Shown piece after piece: positions 19,816 through 30,074 of a stretch of 64,000 bases of DNA (its first letter is position 1; every line of letters starts with the position of its first letter). The stretch is taken from positions 46,909 to 110,908 of IMG/VR virus record IMGVR_UViG_3300014656_000017; one strand, given 5' to 3'. This DNA is from a virus. The position numbers and the translations under genes were made by a program. The notes under the pieces were generated by a model, which worked only from the letters and a program-made list of their open reading frames with translations, was not told the DNA's origin and ran no database searches.

Positions 19816-20610
19816 TTAATCATCCACATTTGGTAATATACGATATGTGTCTAGTGTAATATGTGTTGTATTTTTGAAATGAGTAAATGAATAATTAGTA
19901 GGAGGTATAAATCTTTCTGTGGCAAACATAAACAGATTTGTATTATTTTTATATATATTTTTAACTGTGCTTGCCAAACAAGATTGACCTGAAGTCACAG
20001 ATATATAATTTTTACAAGAAAACATAACATCACAATAATGTTCTAAACTGTTCACATGATAGTCATTGTTAATATCTTTTATAAAGGGCAATTTAGGTGC
20101 TACAGTATATTTACCATTATGTGTAATATTAACAGGATGATCTAATTTATATTTTTCTATGAGTTTATATACACATTTATTAAGATTGTCAATATTACGT
20201 GGAATATCACAATTATAAAATTGTGTATAAAATGAATATGTGCAAAAATCAAAAACACTTGTATTTTCAAGTTCTTTAATAAACTTTGGTTTATAATATA
20301 TTTTACCATAATGAAATTTAGGCTCTAGTTTATAGGCGACTTGAATTTCTAAAAAATTATTCCAATTTCTGTTATGCTGATTTAAATGTTTAATTGGTGT
20401 ATCCATCCACCACATATCTGTACTGTCTTTTTTGCCTAACAAGTATGGGTTTTTGCCCCATATGAAATCGTATATTTCTTGATTGCGGCACGCATTTTGA
20501 TTACTCAAATAGCATTTAATTCCTAAATTATGACACATTTCTGGTATAGGAGAATGAGTTAAATTGTCTCCCAACCCTCCCCACGGCTGATATATTATTA
20601 TTTCATCCAT
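19816..20610 (-). CDS. Putative glycosyltransferase-like protein
   Basis: N-terminal WGGLGDNL and C-terminal SVTSGQSCLA, resembling GT9/GT11-type loops. Confidence 0.45.
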   Translation of the reverse strand: MDEIIIYQPWGGLGDNLTHSPIPEMCHNLGIKCYLSNQNACRNQEIYDFIWGKNPYLLGKKDSTDMWWMDTPIKHLNQHNRNWNNFLEIQVAYKLEPKFHYGKIYYKPKFIKELENTSVFDFCTYSFYTQFYNCDIPRNIDNLNKCVYKLIEKYKLDHPVNITHNGKYTVAPKLPFIKDINNDYHVNSLEHYCDVMFSCKNYISVTSGQSCLASTVKNIYKNNTNLFMFATERFIPPTNYSFTHFKNTTHITLDTYRILPNVDD

Positions 20611-20623
20611 TATATTTTATCCA

Positions 20624-22174
20624 TTACCACGTTAACAAAACATTATTAGAACACGTTTGAGGTGTTTCTTTTATGATATTATTTTTTATTCCTTTTTCTG
20701 ATAAAAATACTGACAATTCATTAGCCGTGTATCCTCTTAAATTATTGTGTATAATATAACCATGTTTTGATTTTGATAAAACATTATCAATATAAAAATC
20801 TTGAACCTCTTTAGTACATTCTGAAATGGCATAGTTACTAATAACCAAATCATATGTATTATTAAATACACAATTATTGTTTGTCCCAATTATATAATTG
20901 GTTTGATCTGCTAAATTTAATGTATCCAAATACTTTTTAATCAAATTTATTACTTCTTCTAAATCAACAAAGGTATATAATTTAGGTTTGAACAATTGTC
21001 TTAAAACCGTATATTGACCTCCATAACCAGCACCAATCTCTATAATATTTAAATCATTTAAATCGTGTAGATCTTTTAAATCTTTAAGCACCTTTATGTA
21101 TCGTAAAGTAGTTGGTGAAAAGGTTCCAAAATTGTATTTATATTTTGTAGGATTGCCTATTATATCGTTTTTGCTAAATTTGTTTAAATTATCACTGATA
21201 TCTTTGTCATATTTAAAAGCTTCATAATATGCTAAGCCTTCTTCATATGATACATGTTCTAATATTTCTTTATATTGTGGCATATTTTTAAAGTTATTAA
21301 AATAAGTATTATTCTCACCGGCTTTTGCACATATTTGTTTATATGTTATAATATCTGATACTGAAGTTTTTTTTGTATAAAATTCTTGTAATTTTTTGTT
21401 GTGAATATGTAGATTAAAAATGTTATATTCTTTATTGTTCATTATTAAAATGGGCCGATTGTTTTTAAATTCAACTGATATTTTGTTTTCAATTAATTTT
21501 GATCCCACATATTTATCCGTTTCAGGTTTAGCACCACCAAGAAATTGTCCGTAAGAAGAGGGGTCAAAACAATAATTAAAGTTGTTGAAATTGTTATCTG
21601 AAGGCAATATTGGTAATATATCAATATATTTTTTGTGTTGATTGATGTAATTTAGTAATCGCATTTCATGTGGCATTCCGCCTACTTGTTTTTCAAGACT
21701 GTTTTCTCCTTGTATTATTAAATTAAGTAGTTGATTGTTAACCTCATATAAACTTTTATCGCTTTTAATGTAACTAAAACCAAACGAATAATTTAACGGA
21801 TCTGCACATGACATCAAAAAATCATGTTTTATTAATTCATTTTCTATTTTATTTATATTATCATATATTAATACATCATTATCAATATGAATAATATTTT
21901 TTATATTGTATTGTTTTAAAAAAGCTTCAATATAAAAAATTCTTAACATAGCATTTCTAAATAACTCTCCCATAGGATCGTGTAAATAATAATTACCAAT
22001 ATCTGGAACTGTTAATGTAGTAAGAGGTATATGTATAATTTGTTCATGGTGTTCAATATTAAAATTTGTTATAATATAAATTTTACTGCACGGATTTGTA
22101 TAGAGTATTTGTTTTATACAATACTGTATATGTTTAGGCCATTTAGATCCCTTATGGAATAATACAAAGTTCAT
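20624..22174 (-). CDS. Fusion: GT-like domain + putative sugar O-methyltransferase
   Basis: HIDNDV, FDPSSYGQ, NLHIHNK; then TLRY, EIGAGYGG, FVDL, ISNYAISE. Confidence 0.7.
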   Translation of the reverse strand: MNFVLFHKGSKWPKHIQYCIKQILYTNPCSKIYIITNFNIEHHEQIIHIPLTTLTVPDIGNYYLHDPMGELFRNAMLRIFYIEAFLKQYNIKNIIHIDNDVLIYDNINKIENELIKHDFLMSCADPLNYSFGFSYIKSDKSLYEVNNQLLNLIIQGENSLEKQVGGMPHEMRLLNYINQHKKYIDILPILPSDNNFNNFNYCFDPSSYGQFLGGAKPETDKYVGSKLIENKISVEFKNNRPILIMNNKEYNIFNLHIHNKKLQEFYTKKTSVSDIITYKQICAKAGENNTYFNNFKNMPQYKEILEHVSYEEGLAYYEAFKYDKDISDNLNKFSKNDIIGNPTKYKYNFGTFSPTTLRYIKVLKDLKDLHDLNDLNIIEIGAGYGGQYTVLRQLFKPKLYTFVDLEEVINLIKKYLDTLNLADQTNYIIGTNNNCVFNNTYDLVISNYAISECTKEVQDFYIDNVLSKSKHGYIIHNNLRGYTANELSVFLSEKGIKNNIIKETPQTCSNNVLLTW

Positions 22175-22947
22175 ATTTTTATAAAATTTTTATTAGGAAT
22201 AAACAAATCTATATCATCTTTTTCAGGTGGTTCCTTCCACATGCTCTTACTTACTACAGGATAAAATATTTTCTCTTGATTTCCTAAAAATGCCGGCCAC
22301 CATGAAAAGGTAGAATGTGAAATTAACAAATGTTTAGATTTTAGCATATATGCATAGTCTAACATTTCTGCTTCTGTATTAGCCACATCAAACTTATTAA
22401 CTCTTTGTGTGCTTAATACTTTAATACCTTCACTCATTAATTCTTGAATATATTTTGTTGTACAATCATCAGTTACAATTGACACTTTTGTATACCCTAA
22501 TGTTTTAATTGCATTTTTATAGAAATCATGGGATATAGTTATCCCAATGTCTACATAATCGGTCTCTCTTAAATGTATAACCAATTCATCTTCGTCTGGC
22601 TCGGCCATGCCCTCTTTTTCCCACCAAAAAAATTCACTTAAAAAATCTTTATAATCTATATAGTATTCTGCTTTTTGAAGAAAAGAATTAACTACTACAT
22701 CTCTCTCTGTGGTTAATAAATCGTTCATATCAACCCAATGATTGCCATATTTTCTGGTCGTAATGGGATTAGCTATAAAGCCTATTTGTGATGGAAGACC
22801 AACGTCTTGCGATGTTTTGGGAAAGTTTGGAAGAGGCGCACAGAAACATTCACATCCTCTTTTTTGAGCTAGTATTCTACTAAAGGCATACACAAACATT
22901 CTATTGCCCATTCTGCCCCAAGGATCATATTGTCCAATAACTTTAAT
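22171..22947 (-). CDS. GT11 alpha-1,2-fucosyltransferase-like protein
   Basis: GRMGNRMF, HLRETDY, STFSWW. The frame is open upstream to an ATT at 22947 with a GGAGGA RBS (track start is 22911). Confidence 0.8.
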   Translation of the reverse strand: MKVIGQYDPWGRMGNRMFVYAFSRILAQKRGCECFCAPLPNFPKTSQDVGLPSQIGFIANPITTRKYGNHWVDMNDLLTTERDVVVNSFLQKAEYYIDYKDFLSEFFWWEKEGMAEPDEDELVIHLRETDYVDIGITISHDFYKNAIKTLGYTKVSIVTDDCTTKYIQELMSEGIKVLSTQRVNKFDVANTEAEMLDYAYMLKSKHLLISHSTFSWWPAFLGNQEKIFYPVVSKSMWKEPPEKDDIDLFIPNKNFIKI

Positions 22948-23764
22948 AGTAGCATCCTCCCTCTACATTTTCAGGTTTTTCAGGAATTTCATCTTTTGAG
23001 GGTCTTGTCCAAAAATCATTATAAAGAGTTTTAAATTGTTCTATATCATCCCATCTTCGCCCTCTTATACCAAATAGGATTTGTGTAGGACCGCCCATGT
23101 GAATTCCTATCTTGCCCATTTTCTTTGCATGTGCAGTTAATAAAATAGATGCCCCACCAGTTCCTATAATAGCTACATCATAATCAATTTTATTCATTTC
23201 ATTTTCAGCCCATTGTGCTGCTTCTAAAGTAGAATTAAATGGTGTTGAGGGATTGATAACTTTTGAATGAGGATATTTAATTGTTTTAAGTTCGAAATCT
23301 GGCAATATACCATTTGGCCATATTTTATCTTTTATCTTGTATTGCTTTTCTATAGAATTAGCGAAGGGACTTATAACTAGAACTTTTTTATCTTTTAATG
23401 AATGAGACCATGGTGGAGTTCTAAGATATGGTTCAATGTCTTGTAATTGTATAATATGAGATTTTATTTGTTGTATTATAGATTGCTCAAAGCCTGGTAA
23501 TATTTTATTCCACAATGGGATAGCATCTAGTGTATATAATGCCTTTAAATATTCTGCTCCAAATTTATTATATTCTTCTTCACTAAAAGGATATATACCT
23601 GCAATATTAGTGCCTTCAAATTCTAAATCTGAAAATATTTTAAAATTCTTTTTATAATATGAAAACAATAGTTTCAATTCGACAACACCAATTTTGCCTA
23701 CAGCACACTTTTCGCCTGTTTTTAAATAATGACTGATAAAATTGTTGCCATCTACGAAATTCAT
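22943..23764 (-). CDS. Hypothetical sugar-modification protein (possible GT-D fold)
   Basis: WSHSLKDKKVLVISPF, DVAIIGTG, GIHMGG..QILFGI. Confidence 0.55.
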   Translation of the reverse strand: MNFVDGNNFISHYLKTGEKCAVGKIGVVELKLLFSYYKKNFKIFSDLEFEGTNIAGIYPFSEEEYNKFGAEYLKALYTLDAIPLWNKILPGFEQSIIQQIKSHIIQLQDIEPYLRTPPWSHSLKDKKVLVISPFANSIEKQYKIKDKIWPNGILPDFELKTIKYPHSKVINPSTPFNSTLEAAQWAENEMNKIDYDVAIIGTGGASILLTAHAKKMGKIGIHMGGPTQILFGIRGRRWDDIEQFKTLYNDFWTRPSKDEIPEKPENVEGGCYY

Positions 23765-25176
23765 ATTTTATGTATCCAAGTATCCGTATTACCCCAATGT
23801 GTATTAGTTCCTAATAGTTTGCTTATATGTTGAGGAAAACTTGTTTCATTTTGCAACAATTTCCACCTGTCATAAATGCCTTCATGCCCACCATACCACA
23901 TATTTTTAAATTTAACATCTTTTTCAAAATAAACTGCATAATGATTAAATCTAACCGGAATGAGAATTCCTAATCCATTGCCGTTAACCAAACATGGAGG
24001 CTCATGTGACTTAAACATATCTTTCTTCCAATGCCATAATCTTCTATATGGAAGTGCTTTGCCTTCACCCCATTGCCCTCTTGCAAACAAATTAGGGCCG
24101 ACAAAATAATTACATAAAAATGCTCCTGTTTTGGCTTTATTTTGTGTTAAAATTTCTTCTGCTTTCTTAATATTTTCAATTGTCCATTGTTCATCAACGT
24201 CTATTTCCCATACAAAAGCTTCATCTGCAAGTTTATTAATTTCTTCTGCAGCTTTATTAACTTGCTGATCTTTTCCTTCCCACATTTTATCGGCTAATAC
24301 TAATATCAAATTATCATTCTTAGAAGATAGTTCAATTAGATATTCTCTAGTACCATCTACTGAAGCACCATTATTTTGATATTCATTGGACATATTATTA
24401 CACCAACTGGTGCTGCCTTGATTCTTTGATGCTCCTTCTATTACTACCCAATAATCAAAATTTTTAAGAATATATTCTGCATAATCGTTATGTTTTAAAT
24501 GATGTACTCCATTTAAAACGATTGTAAATGCGATTCTTTTCAATTTCTTTTCCTTTATATATAATGCATCTCCCCAAGTAGTCATTCCATTCTCCGTATC
24601 CCATTCAATTTCTTTTCTTACAAATCCAAATTTGGCTAAAAATTCATCTAAGTCTTGAATTAGTGCACAATCTTTATACACTTCTTCTCTGTTAACTTCG
24701 GTGAATATATAGTCAATGTTTTTTAAAGTAGTAGTGGCCCCTTTTAAAATTTCGAGTTCGAATCCTTGTGCATCCATTACTAAACAGTTGTATGATTCAT
24801 CTAAATCATATCCATCTATTTCTTTAACACTAACTTTAGTTTTTTTAGGAAAACTAATGTGTGGATATTGTTGTAGATGTACTTTAGGCTCAAGTAAAGA
24901 ATTTGATGCTCCGTTATTGTCTGTTTCCGTATACATAATACCAATATAAGAACGTGCTCCTAATGCTGCATTAATACATTTTATTTTAGGAAAGGGCTTA
25001 GCCGCTTCTTCCATCTTTTTAAAATTATTTTTGTCTGGCTCGAACAATATAGCATTTTTAAGTGTTGGAATAGAATTATATAGTGGAGCTTCTTGACCCA
25101 CATGACCACCAGCATGGATAACTCCAGTTATGTGCATGTTATATTTTGAATATAAATATGGAAAGCTTAATTTCAT
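23761..25176 (-). CDS. Fusion: FkbM-family methyltransferase + GT-A glycosyltransferase
   Basis: IHAGGHVG, FEP, MDAQGFE, WGDALY; then SVDGT, IDVDE. Confidence 0.8.
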   Translation of the reverse strand: MKLSFPYLYSKYNMHITGVIHAGGHVGQEAPLYNSIPTLKNAILFEPDKNNFKKMEEAAKPFPKIKCINAALGARSYIGIMYTETDNNGASNSLLEPKVHLQQYPHISFPKKTKVSVKEIDGYDLDESYNCLVMDAQGFELEILKGATTTLKNIDYIFTEVNREEVYKDCALIQDLDEFLAKFGFVRKEIEWDTENGMTTWGDALYIKEKKLKRIAFTIVLNGVHHLKHNDYAEYILKNFDYWVVIEGASKNQGSTSWCNNMSNEYQNNGASVDGTREYLIELSSKNDNLILVLADKMWEGKDQQVNKAAEEINKLADEAFVWEIDVDEQWTIENIKKAEEILTQNKAKTGAFLCNYFVGPNLFARGQWGEGKALPYRRLWHWKKDMFKSHEPPCLVNGNGLGILIPVRFNHYAVYFEKDVKFKNMWYGGHEGIYDRWKLLQNETSFPQHISKLLGTNTHWGNTDTWIHKI

Positions 25177-25796
25177 TGAGCAAACCTATTAACTATGTTT
25201 TCATCAAATTTAATCATTTCTTTTAGTCCAGGACCGCCATGTGGATAAGTTGGTATATATTTATATCTCTTAACACAGGAAGGCCAATTGATATTTTTTC
25301 TTGACCCTCTTAATAACTTAGATGTTTCAACACTTCGATCATTATCTTCAATGATGAAAGTGCACGGCAATCTTAAATTTTGTACATATCTAACGGCTTC
25401 GTAAAAATGACCACCGTCTTCACCACCGTCTCCAATAAAACACCATACTTTGTTTTTTGATCCTTTCAATTTAAGAGCTAATGCCACTCCAGCAGCAATA
25501 CCAGCAGTTCCGGCTAATACAGACGAAGTTAGAAAGTTTAACTTCTTATCAAACACAAACATGCTATCTCCATTTCGTATTTTTTGTTCTAATACTTTTG
25601 GATCTCCGCCTTTTAGCAAATAATGATAATGGGATCGATGAGTTGAAAAAACATAATCATCTGGTTTTATATCTTTAAATATGTGCAACAACTGATCTTC
25701 ATTTCCACCTGAAAAGTGTACCAAAAAAGGCAATTTGCCCTCTTTAAATACTTCCTTCATTTTGGTTTCAAAGTCTATTAATTCTTTTTTAGTCAT
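25173..25796 (-). CDS. ThDP-dependent E1 alpha/transketolase-like N-terminal subunit
   Basis: HFSGGNE, STHRSH, GDG...IEDN ThDP motif. Confidence 0.85.
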   Translation of the reverse strand: MTKKELIDFETKMKEVFKEGKLPFLVHFSGGNEDQLLHIFKDIKPDDYVFSTHRSHYHYLLKGGDPKVLEQKIRNGDSMFVFDKKLNFLTSSVLAGTAGIAAGVALALKLKGSKNKVWCFIGDGGEDGGHFYEAVRYVQNLRLPCTFIIEDNDRSVETSKLLRGSRKNINWPSCVKRYKYIPTYPHGGPGLKEMIKFDENIVNRFAQ

Positions 25797-26860
25797 TAGA
25801 CAAAGTTATCCCCATAAGCATTTAATAATTCGTGAATAAATATATTCTTATTATCATTCGCACAAAAACATTTGCAACATATTTGTGGGTTAAATTTATC
25901 AAAATGTTTTTTAGTTTCTTCACTAAACCATAATTGTTTAAATGATTGGTTTTTAATGGATCCTATTATTCCATCCGTAGAATATGCTTTGTTATGACAA
26001 TTATACACAAAACTATCAGCGCCTATTACAGGAATGGTTTGCATAATATAACATCTATTATAGGGTCGTTTAAAACTTTCTGGCTCAATTTTGTATCCAT
26101 CATATATTTTAAATTCACTGTTTTCATAAAACTTTTTTGTACACTCTAGTATATATGAAACTTCTTTAGTAATATTACGATGATATTCAACATAATTATC
26201 TACTTGAACTGGAAAATATCTTATATTATTAATACCTATTTCTTTTAACAATTTTGTCATTTCATGTATATTGTCTACATTTTCTTTGGTTATAATATAA
26301 TTAACAGATAATTCACATACATCATTTTTGATTTTATTAAACTCTATAATGTTAGATATTATTTGATCAAACATTTTTTCATTTCCGCCGCGTGATTTGA
26401 CAAAAGATTCTGCGTCGTAATAATCCATAGAAATTCTAATCCATTTAGCTTTAGATAAAACCTCCGCGCGCTTTCCATTCAATAATTGGGCATTTGTTAA
26501 TAGAGATAAATCTAGTCCATTGTCCAAAGTTCTTTGCATGGCTTCTGCTATATTAGGATGCATTAACGGTTCTCCACCGCCAGAATATGTTACACATTTT
26601 GTTCCCATATCTTTTAAATCATCTAGTACTTCAAACAGTTTATCTTTGGGCAACATATCAGATTCATTCATTGTTTCATGCATATGAACATTTTTAGCTC
26701 TATAAATACAAAATGAACAACTATGGCAACATTTATTAATAGGCTTTATTCGTACGTAGATAGGAGGTGTTATTCGTCCATCTTTAAAGGAATTAAGCTT
26801 TTCAGGAAACCATACTATTTTTTTGTTACTATATTTATTTGTTGTTTTTACCATACTCAA
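25796..26860 (-). CDS. Radical SAM/SPASM protein
   Basis: CCHSCSFC, SGGGEP, C-terminal Cys cluster. Confidence 0.85.
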   Translation of the reverse strand: MSMVKTTNKYSNKKIVWFPEKLNSFKDGRITPPIYVRIKPINKCCHSCSFCIYRAKNVHMHETMNESDMLPKDKLFEVLDDLKDMGTKCVTYSGGGEPLMHPNIAEAMQRTLDNGLDLSLLTNAQLLNGKRAEVLSKAKWIRISMDYYDAESFVKSRGGNEKMFDQIISNIIEFNKIKNDVCELSVNYIITKENVDNIHEMTKLLKEIGINNIRYFPVQVDNYVEYHRNITKEVSYILECTKKFYENSEFKIYDGYKIEPESFKRPYNRCYIMQTIPVIGADSFVYNCHNKAYSTDGIIGSIKNQSFKQLWFSEETKKHFDKFNPQICCKCFCANDNKNIFIHELLNAYGDNFV

Positions 26861-26866
26861 TTCCTA

Positions 26867-27919
26867 TTAAATAAATTCATCATTATTTTCGGGGTGTTTA
26901 AGTCTGTCTAAATATCTATTAATTACGTCTAATCGACAGCAATAATTTTTGCACGTTTTAAATTTCAATTTATTAATTTGTGCAATTATATCTTTTCTTT
27001 TCTGACTTGTCCAAATTTCTTTAAACGTATTGTTATACAGATTACCATAAACATATTTTGAATTATAAAAAATAGAACAAGGTATAATATCTCCTTTAGC
27101 ATCTATAATAACATAAAAATCAAAACCATGACATCCTGTATAATTTTTTTCTTGTGTAAGTCTTTCTGCACTTTTAACTCTAACCACTACAGTAAATTTA
27201 TCATCTTCCAATTTTTCCAAATTTTCTTTTAATGTTTGGTGTGCAAATTTATATATTCCAGTAGAGTATGAACTCTTTGGATGGTTATGCGCTGGTTTTA
27301 ATTGAAAATTATCAACACCAGCATTTTTACACCACAAGGCTAGCATTTCAGCTTCATTAATATTTTCATTCATTAAAATTAACTGTACGCCAATATCAAC
27401 CTTAAAATTGTTGGCCTTTTTAATTTCAACACAGTCTTTTATATTTTGTAATATAATATCGTAATTTTTTGGTGATATACCATGAATGAGTGCATGGGTT
27501 TCTGCCGTACCCGCATCTATACTAAATCGTAACCAAGAAAGATCTCCTAATATTTCTGTTGCCATTTTTTTATTAAAAAGAGATCCGTTTGTGGATATAG
27601 CTTGTCCCATTCCTAATTGTTTTCCATACTTTATAAATTCAACTAGATTCTTATGTAAGGTGGGTTCTCCTTCACCAGCATAGTAAACTGATTTAACTCC
27701 CATTTCAGCCATTTCTTTTAATGTATTCATAAATACATCTTTATCTATTTCATTCTTTCCATGTGTAGACCAATCTAAAATGCAAAACTTACATTTATGA
27801 TTGCATTTATTTGTTATGCCCACTTCTGCATGAAAGGGTACATATTCACCGTTCATCCACTTTATTAAACATTGAGGATGATACATCAGTTTATGTGAAT
27901 CACTATCTTTAACACTCAT
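26867..27919 (-). CDS. Radical SAM/SPASM protein (paralog of previous gene)
   Basis: CNHKCKFC, AGEGEP, STNG, C..IIPC..YGNL..C..CCR. Confidence 0.85.
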   Translation of the reverse strand: MSVKDSDSHKLMYHPQCLIKWMNGEYVPFHAEVGITNKCNHKCKFCILDWSTHGKNEIDKDVFMNTLKEMAEMGVKSVYYAGEGEPTLHKNLVEFIKYGKQLGMGQAISTNGSLFNKKMATEILGDLSWLRFSIDAGTAETHALIHGISPKNYDIILQNIKDCVEIKKANNFKVDIGVQLILMNENINEAEMLALWCKNAGVDNFQLKPAHNHPKSSYSTGIYKFAHQTLKENLEKLEDDKFTVVVRVKSAERLTQEKNYTGCHGFDFYVIIDAKGDIIPCSIFYNSKYVYGNLYNNTFKEIWTSQKRKDIIAQINKLKFKTCKNYCCRLDVINRYLDRLKHPENNDEFI

Positions 27920-28871
27920 TATTTTTCTCCTTGTTTATCCAGTATTTAACAAGATCTTTTAATGTATTTTTTAAACTATATTTTGGTTTCCAATTTAAAA
28001 ACCTCTTAACTTTTACACTATTTGGATGTACTGTCAACGTATCTATAGGTCTATAAAGTTTTTCATCTATTGTTAATTCAACATCTTTTAATTTGAATTC
28101 ATTTAACATAATCTTTATATAATGTTCTATATCATATGTTTTTGTTGCGCTTATGTTAAACACTTCTCCATTGTTTATTGCTCCGTTTAAATGATTTGTC
28201 ATTAGTTGATAATACACATCTACCATATCTCGTACATCTAAAACTGCTCGACTGGCTTTTATATTACCTACACGAATAATCTTATCTTGTTTGTTTAATA
28301 TAATTTTAGCTATTTGTCTTGCATCAGAAGATATAGAAAATGTTGAAGGTCTGCCTGGACCTGTATGTGAAAATGGTCTAACAATAAAATTTTTCAATTT
28401 GGCGTTTTGTGATCTTTCTAAAATATACATATCAGCAGCAGCTTTAGATACCCCATAAGGATTGTTAGGTTGTAATGGACAATTTTCCTTTATTTGTTCT
28501 TTCACATTTCCATACACATCGCCCGTAGAACACTGCATTATAATGCTTTGCGGGGCATTAGATAAAATGGATTCGCATAGATTTATAGTGCCTATAGTAT
28601 TAGTGTTAAATGTAAGTAGAGGATCTTGAAATGCTAGTGGTATATGTGTTTGCGCTGCCAAATGAAAAATTCCGTCAAATGTGTTATTAGTTAAAATATT
28701 AACTATTTGTTGTTTATATGTTAAGTCACACCGGTGATAATTAATACCTGTAATAGGCTGAAATCCTTCAGTTTTATATGTACCATGAACTATATGATTT
28801 TCAGCTAACAACTTTTGAGCTAAATGTTGTCCTGCAAAACCAGATACTCCTGTTATTAGAAATTTTAGCAT
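27909..28871 (-). CDS. GDP-mannose 4,6-dehydratase / Rmd-like SDR
   Basis: GVSGFAG, HLAAQT, YGVSK, RPFSHTGP, GN, DVRD, RPID. Confidence 0.8.
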   Translation of the reverse strand: MLKFLITGVSGFAGQHLAQKLLAENHIVHGTYKTEGFQPITGINYHRCDLTYKQQIVNILTNNTFDGIFHLAAQTHIPLAFQDPLLTFNTNTIGTINLCESILSNAPQSIIMQCSTGDVYGNVKEQIKENCPLQPNNPYGVSKAAADMYILERSQNAKLKNFIVRPFSHTGPGRPSTFSISSDARQIAKIILNKQDKIIRVGNIKASRAVLDVRDMVDVYYQLMTNHLNGAINNGEVFNISATKTYDIEHYIKIMLNEFKLKDVELTIDEKLYRPIDTLTVHPNSVKVKRFLNWKPKYSLKNTLKDLVKYWINKEKNNEC

Positions 28872-29386
28872 TGTTCAGTATATAAATCCTTATCTTCCAC
28901 AATTAAACAACTTTCATCAGCATTATATATGGTTATAATATCATCTGCTCTCAAAGGCAGTTCAATAACTGGCATATCACACATCTCTCTAAACGCTTTA
29001 GAAAAATTTTGTGTATGAGTGGCTCCAGTAAATAGTGGGTTTGCTTTATTTCCTACTACAGTTCTTATGATAACACGCGGATCAAATTCTCCGTGTGACA
29101 TTTGTTTAATTTTATCTAAATGGTTTACAATAGCATCGGCGGCATGGATAACAAAATCAAATCTTTCAATATATACAACAGGTTTAAATCCTTCTAAGCT
29201 TAATCCAATAGCCATAGAAACAATAAGATTTTCTGCTACAGGTGTTTCTATTAATTGATTATCTGGAATATTCACAAGAGTTCCATTGGCTTTAGATCCA
29301 TACTTCACATTATATCCAATAAACAATGTTTTTGGATCTTCAGCTAATATTTCCATTGAAGTTCTGATAGCGTCTTTATAGGTCAT
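28865..29386 (-). CDS. ThDP-dependent E1 beta/transketolase pyrimidine-binding subunit (no C-terminal domain)
   Basis: MTYKDAI, ETPVAEN, AIGLSL.GFKPV, IVNH, GATHTQ. Confidence 0.82.
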   Translation of the reverse strand: MTYKDAIRTSMEILAEDPKTLFIGYNVKYGSKANGTLVNIPDNQLIETPVAENLIVSMAIGLSLEGFKPVVYIERFDFVIHAADAIVNHLDKIKQMSHGEFDPRVIIRTVVGNKANPLFTGATHTQNFSKAFREMCDMPVIELPLRADDIITIYNADESCLIVEDKDLYTEQC

Positions 29387-30074
29387 ATATAGTCCATTTA
29401 TTTTTAAGAGTTGGTTTTTCATCGGGTGGATATCGGCGCGCATATCTGTGACTGTACAATTTATCTGTAATGTTTAAAGTGTCCGCAAGAAACAAAAAAC
29501 TGCTTTCTACTACATGAATTTCTTTCGCGTGTTCAATAATGTAACAGTAGTCGAATATATTATTTGTGTAATTTTCTTTAGCGTAAATGGTTGGAACATT
29601 TTGTGGTACAAGTTTTCTATTAATTATAAATTTACCTTTATAGTTATTTCCATTATCTTCGTGAAAAAATATATATTCTCCTTCTTTTACATTGAATCTT
29701 TTAAAAAAAGATTTTTCTCTTTCCATGTCTCTGTCAAGATAAAAATCGGTCCATCTTTTTTCAAAATCGATATTATATTGCTTGTAGAAAGCTTGATCAA
29801 AGTTTATGTTATTGTCTCTAAACTCATACCCTATTTTTAACAATTTTTGTGGATTATTTAGTTTAATCCATTCTTCAGCTTGTGGTTCTTTTTGGACCAT
29901 TAAATACTTAATATTTTTTAAATCCCTATACATCCACATTACAGAGGGAGCTTTAGATTGTTTAATAAACAAATTAATTTGATCATAATCTTTAATAAGA
30001 TTTCTTATTAATCCGTTGCACACTATATTATCCCCAAGGTGGAGATGTGGATAAATGTATACATTGTTATACAT
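29376..30074 (-). CDS. Putative glycosyltransferase-like protein
   Basis: HLHLGDNIVCNGLIR..AKEIHVVESSF; paralog of 30856..31545. Confidence 0.5.
   Translation of the reverse strand: MYNNVYIYPHLHLGDNIVCNGLIRNLIKDYDQINLFIKQSKAPSVMWMYRDLKNIKYLMVQKEPQAEEWIKLNNPQKLLKIGYEFRDNNINFDQAFYKQYNIDFEKRWTDFYLDRDMEREKSFFKRFNVKEGEYIFFHEDNGNNYKGKFIINRKLVPQNVPTIYAKENYTNNIFDYCYIIEHAKEIHVVESSFLFLADTLNITDKLYSHRYARRYPPDEKPTLKNKWTIYDL

Noticed and set aside
25173-29386. Pyruvate dehydrogenase auxiliary metabolic genes
   Set aside because: Subunits are truncated, E2/E3 are absent and the context is sugar biosynthesis.
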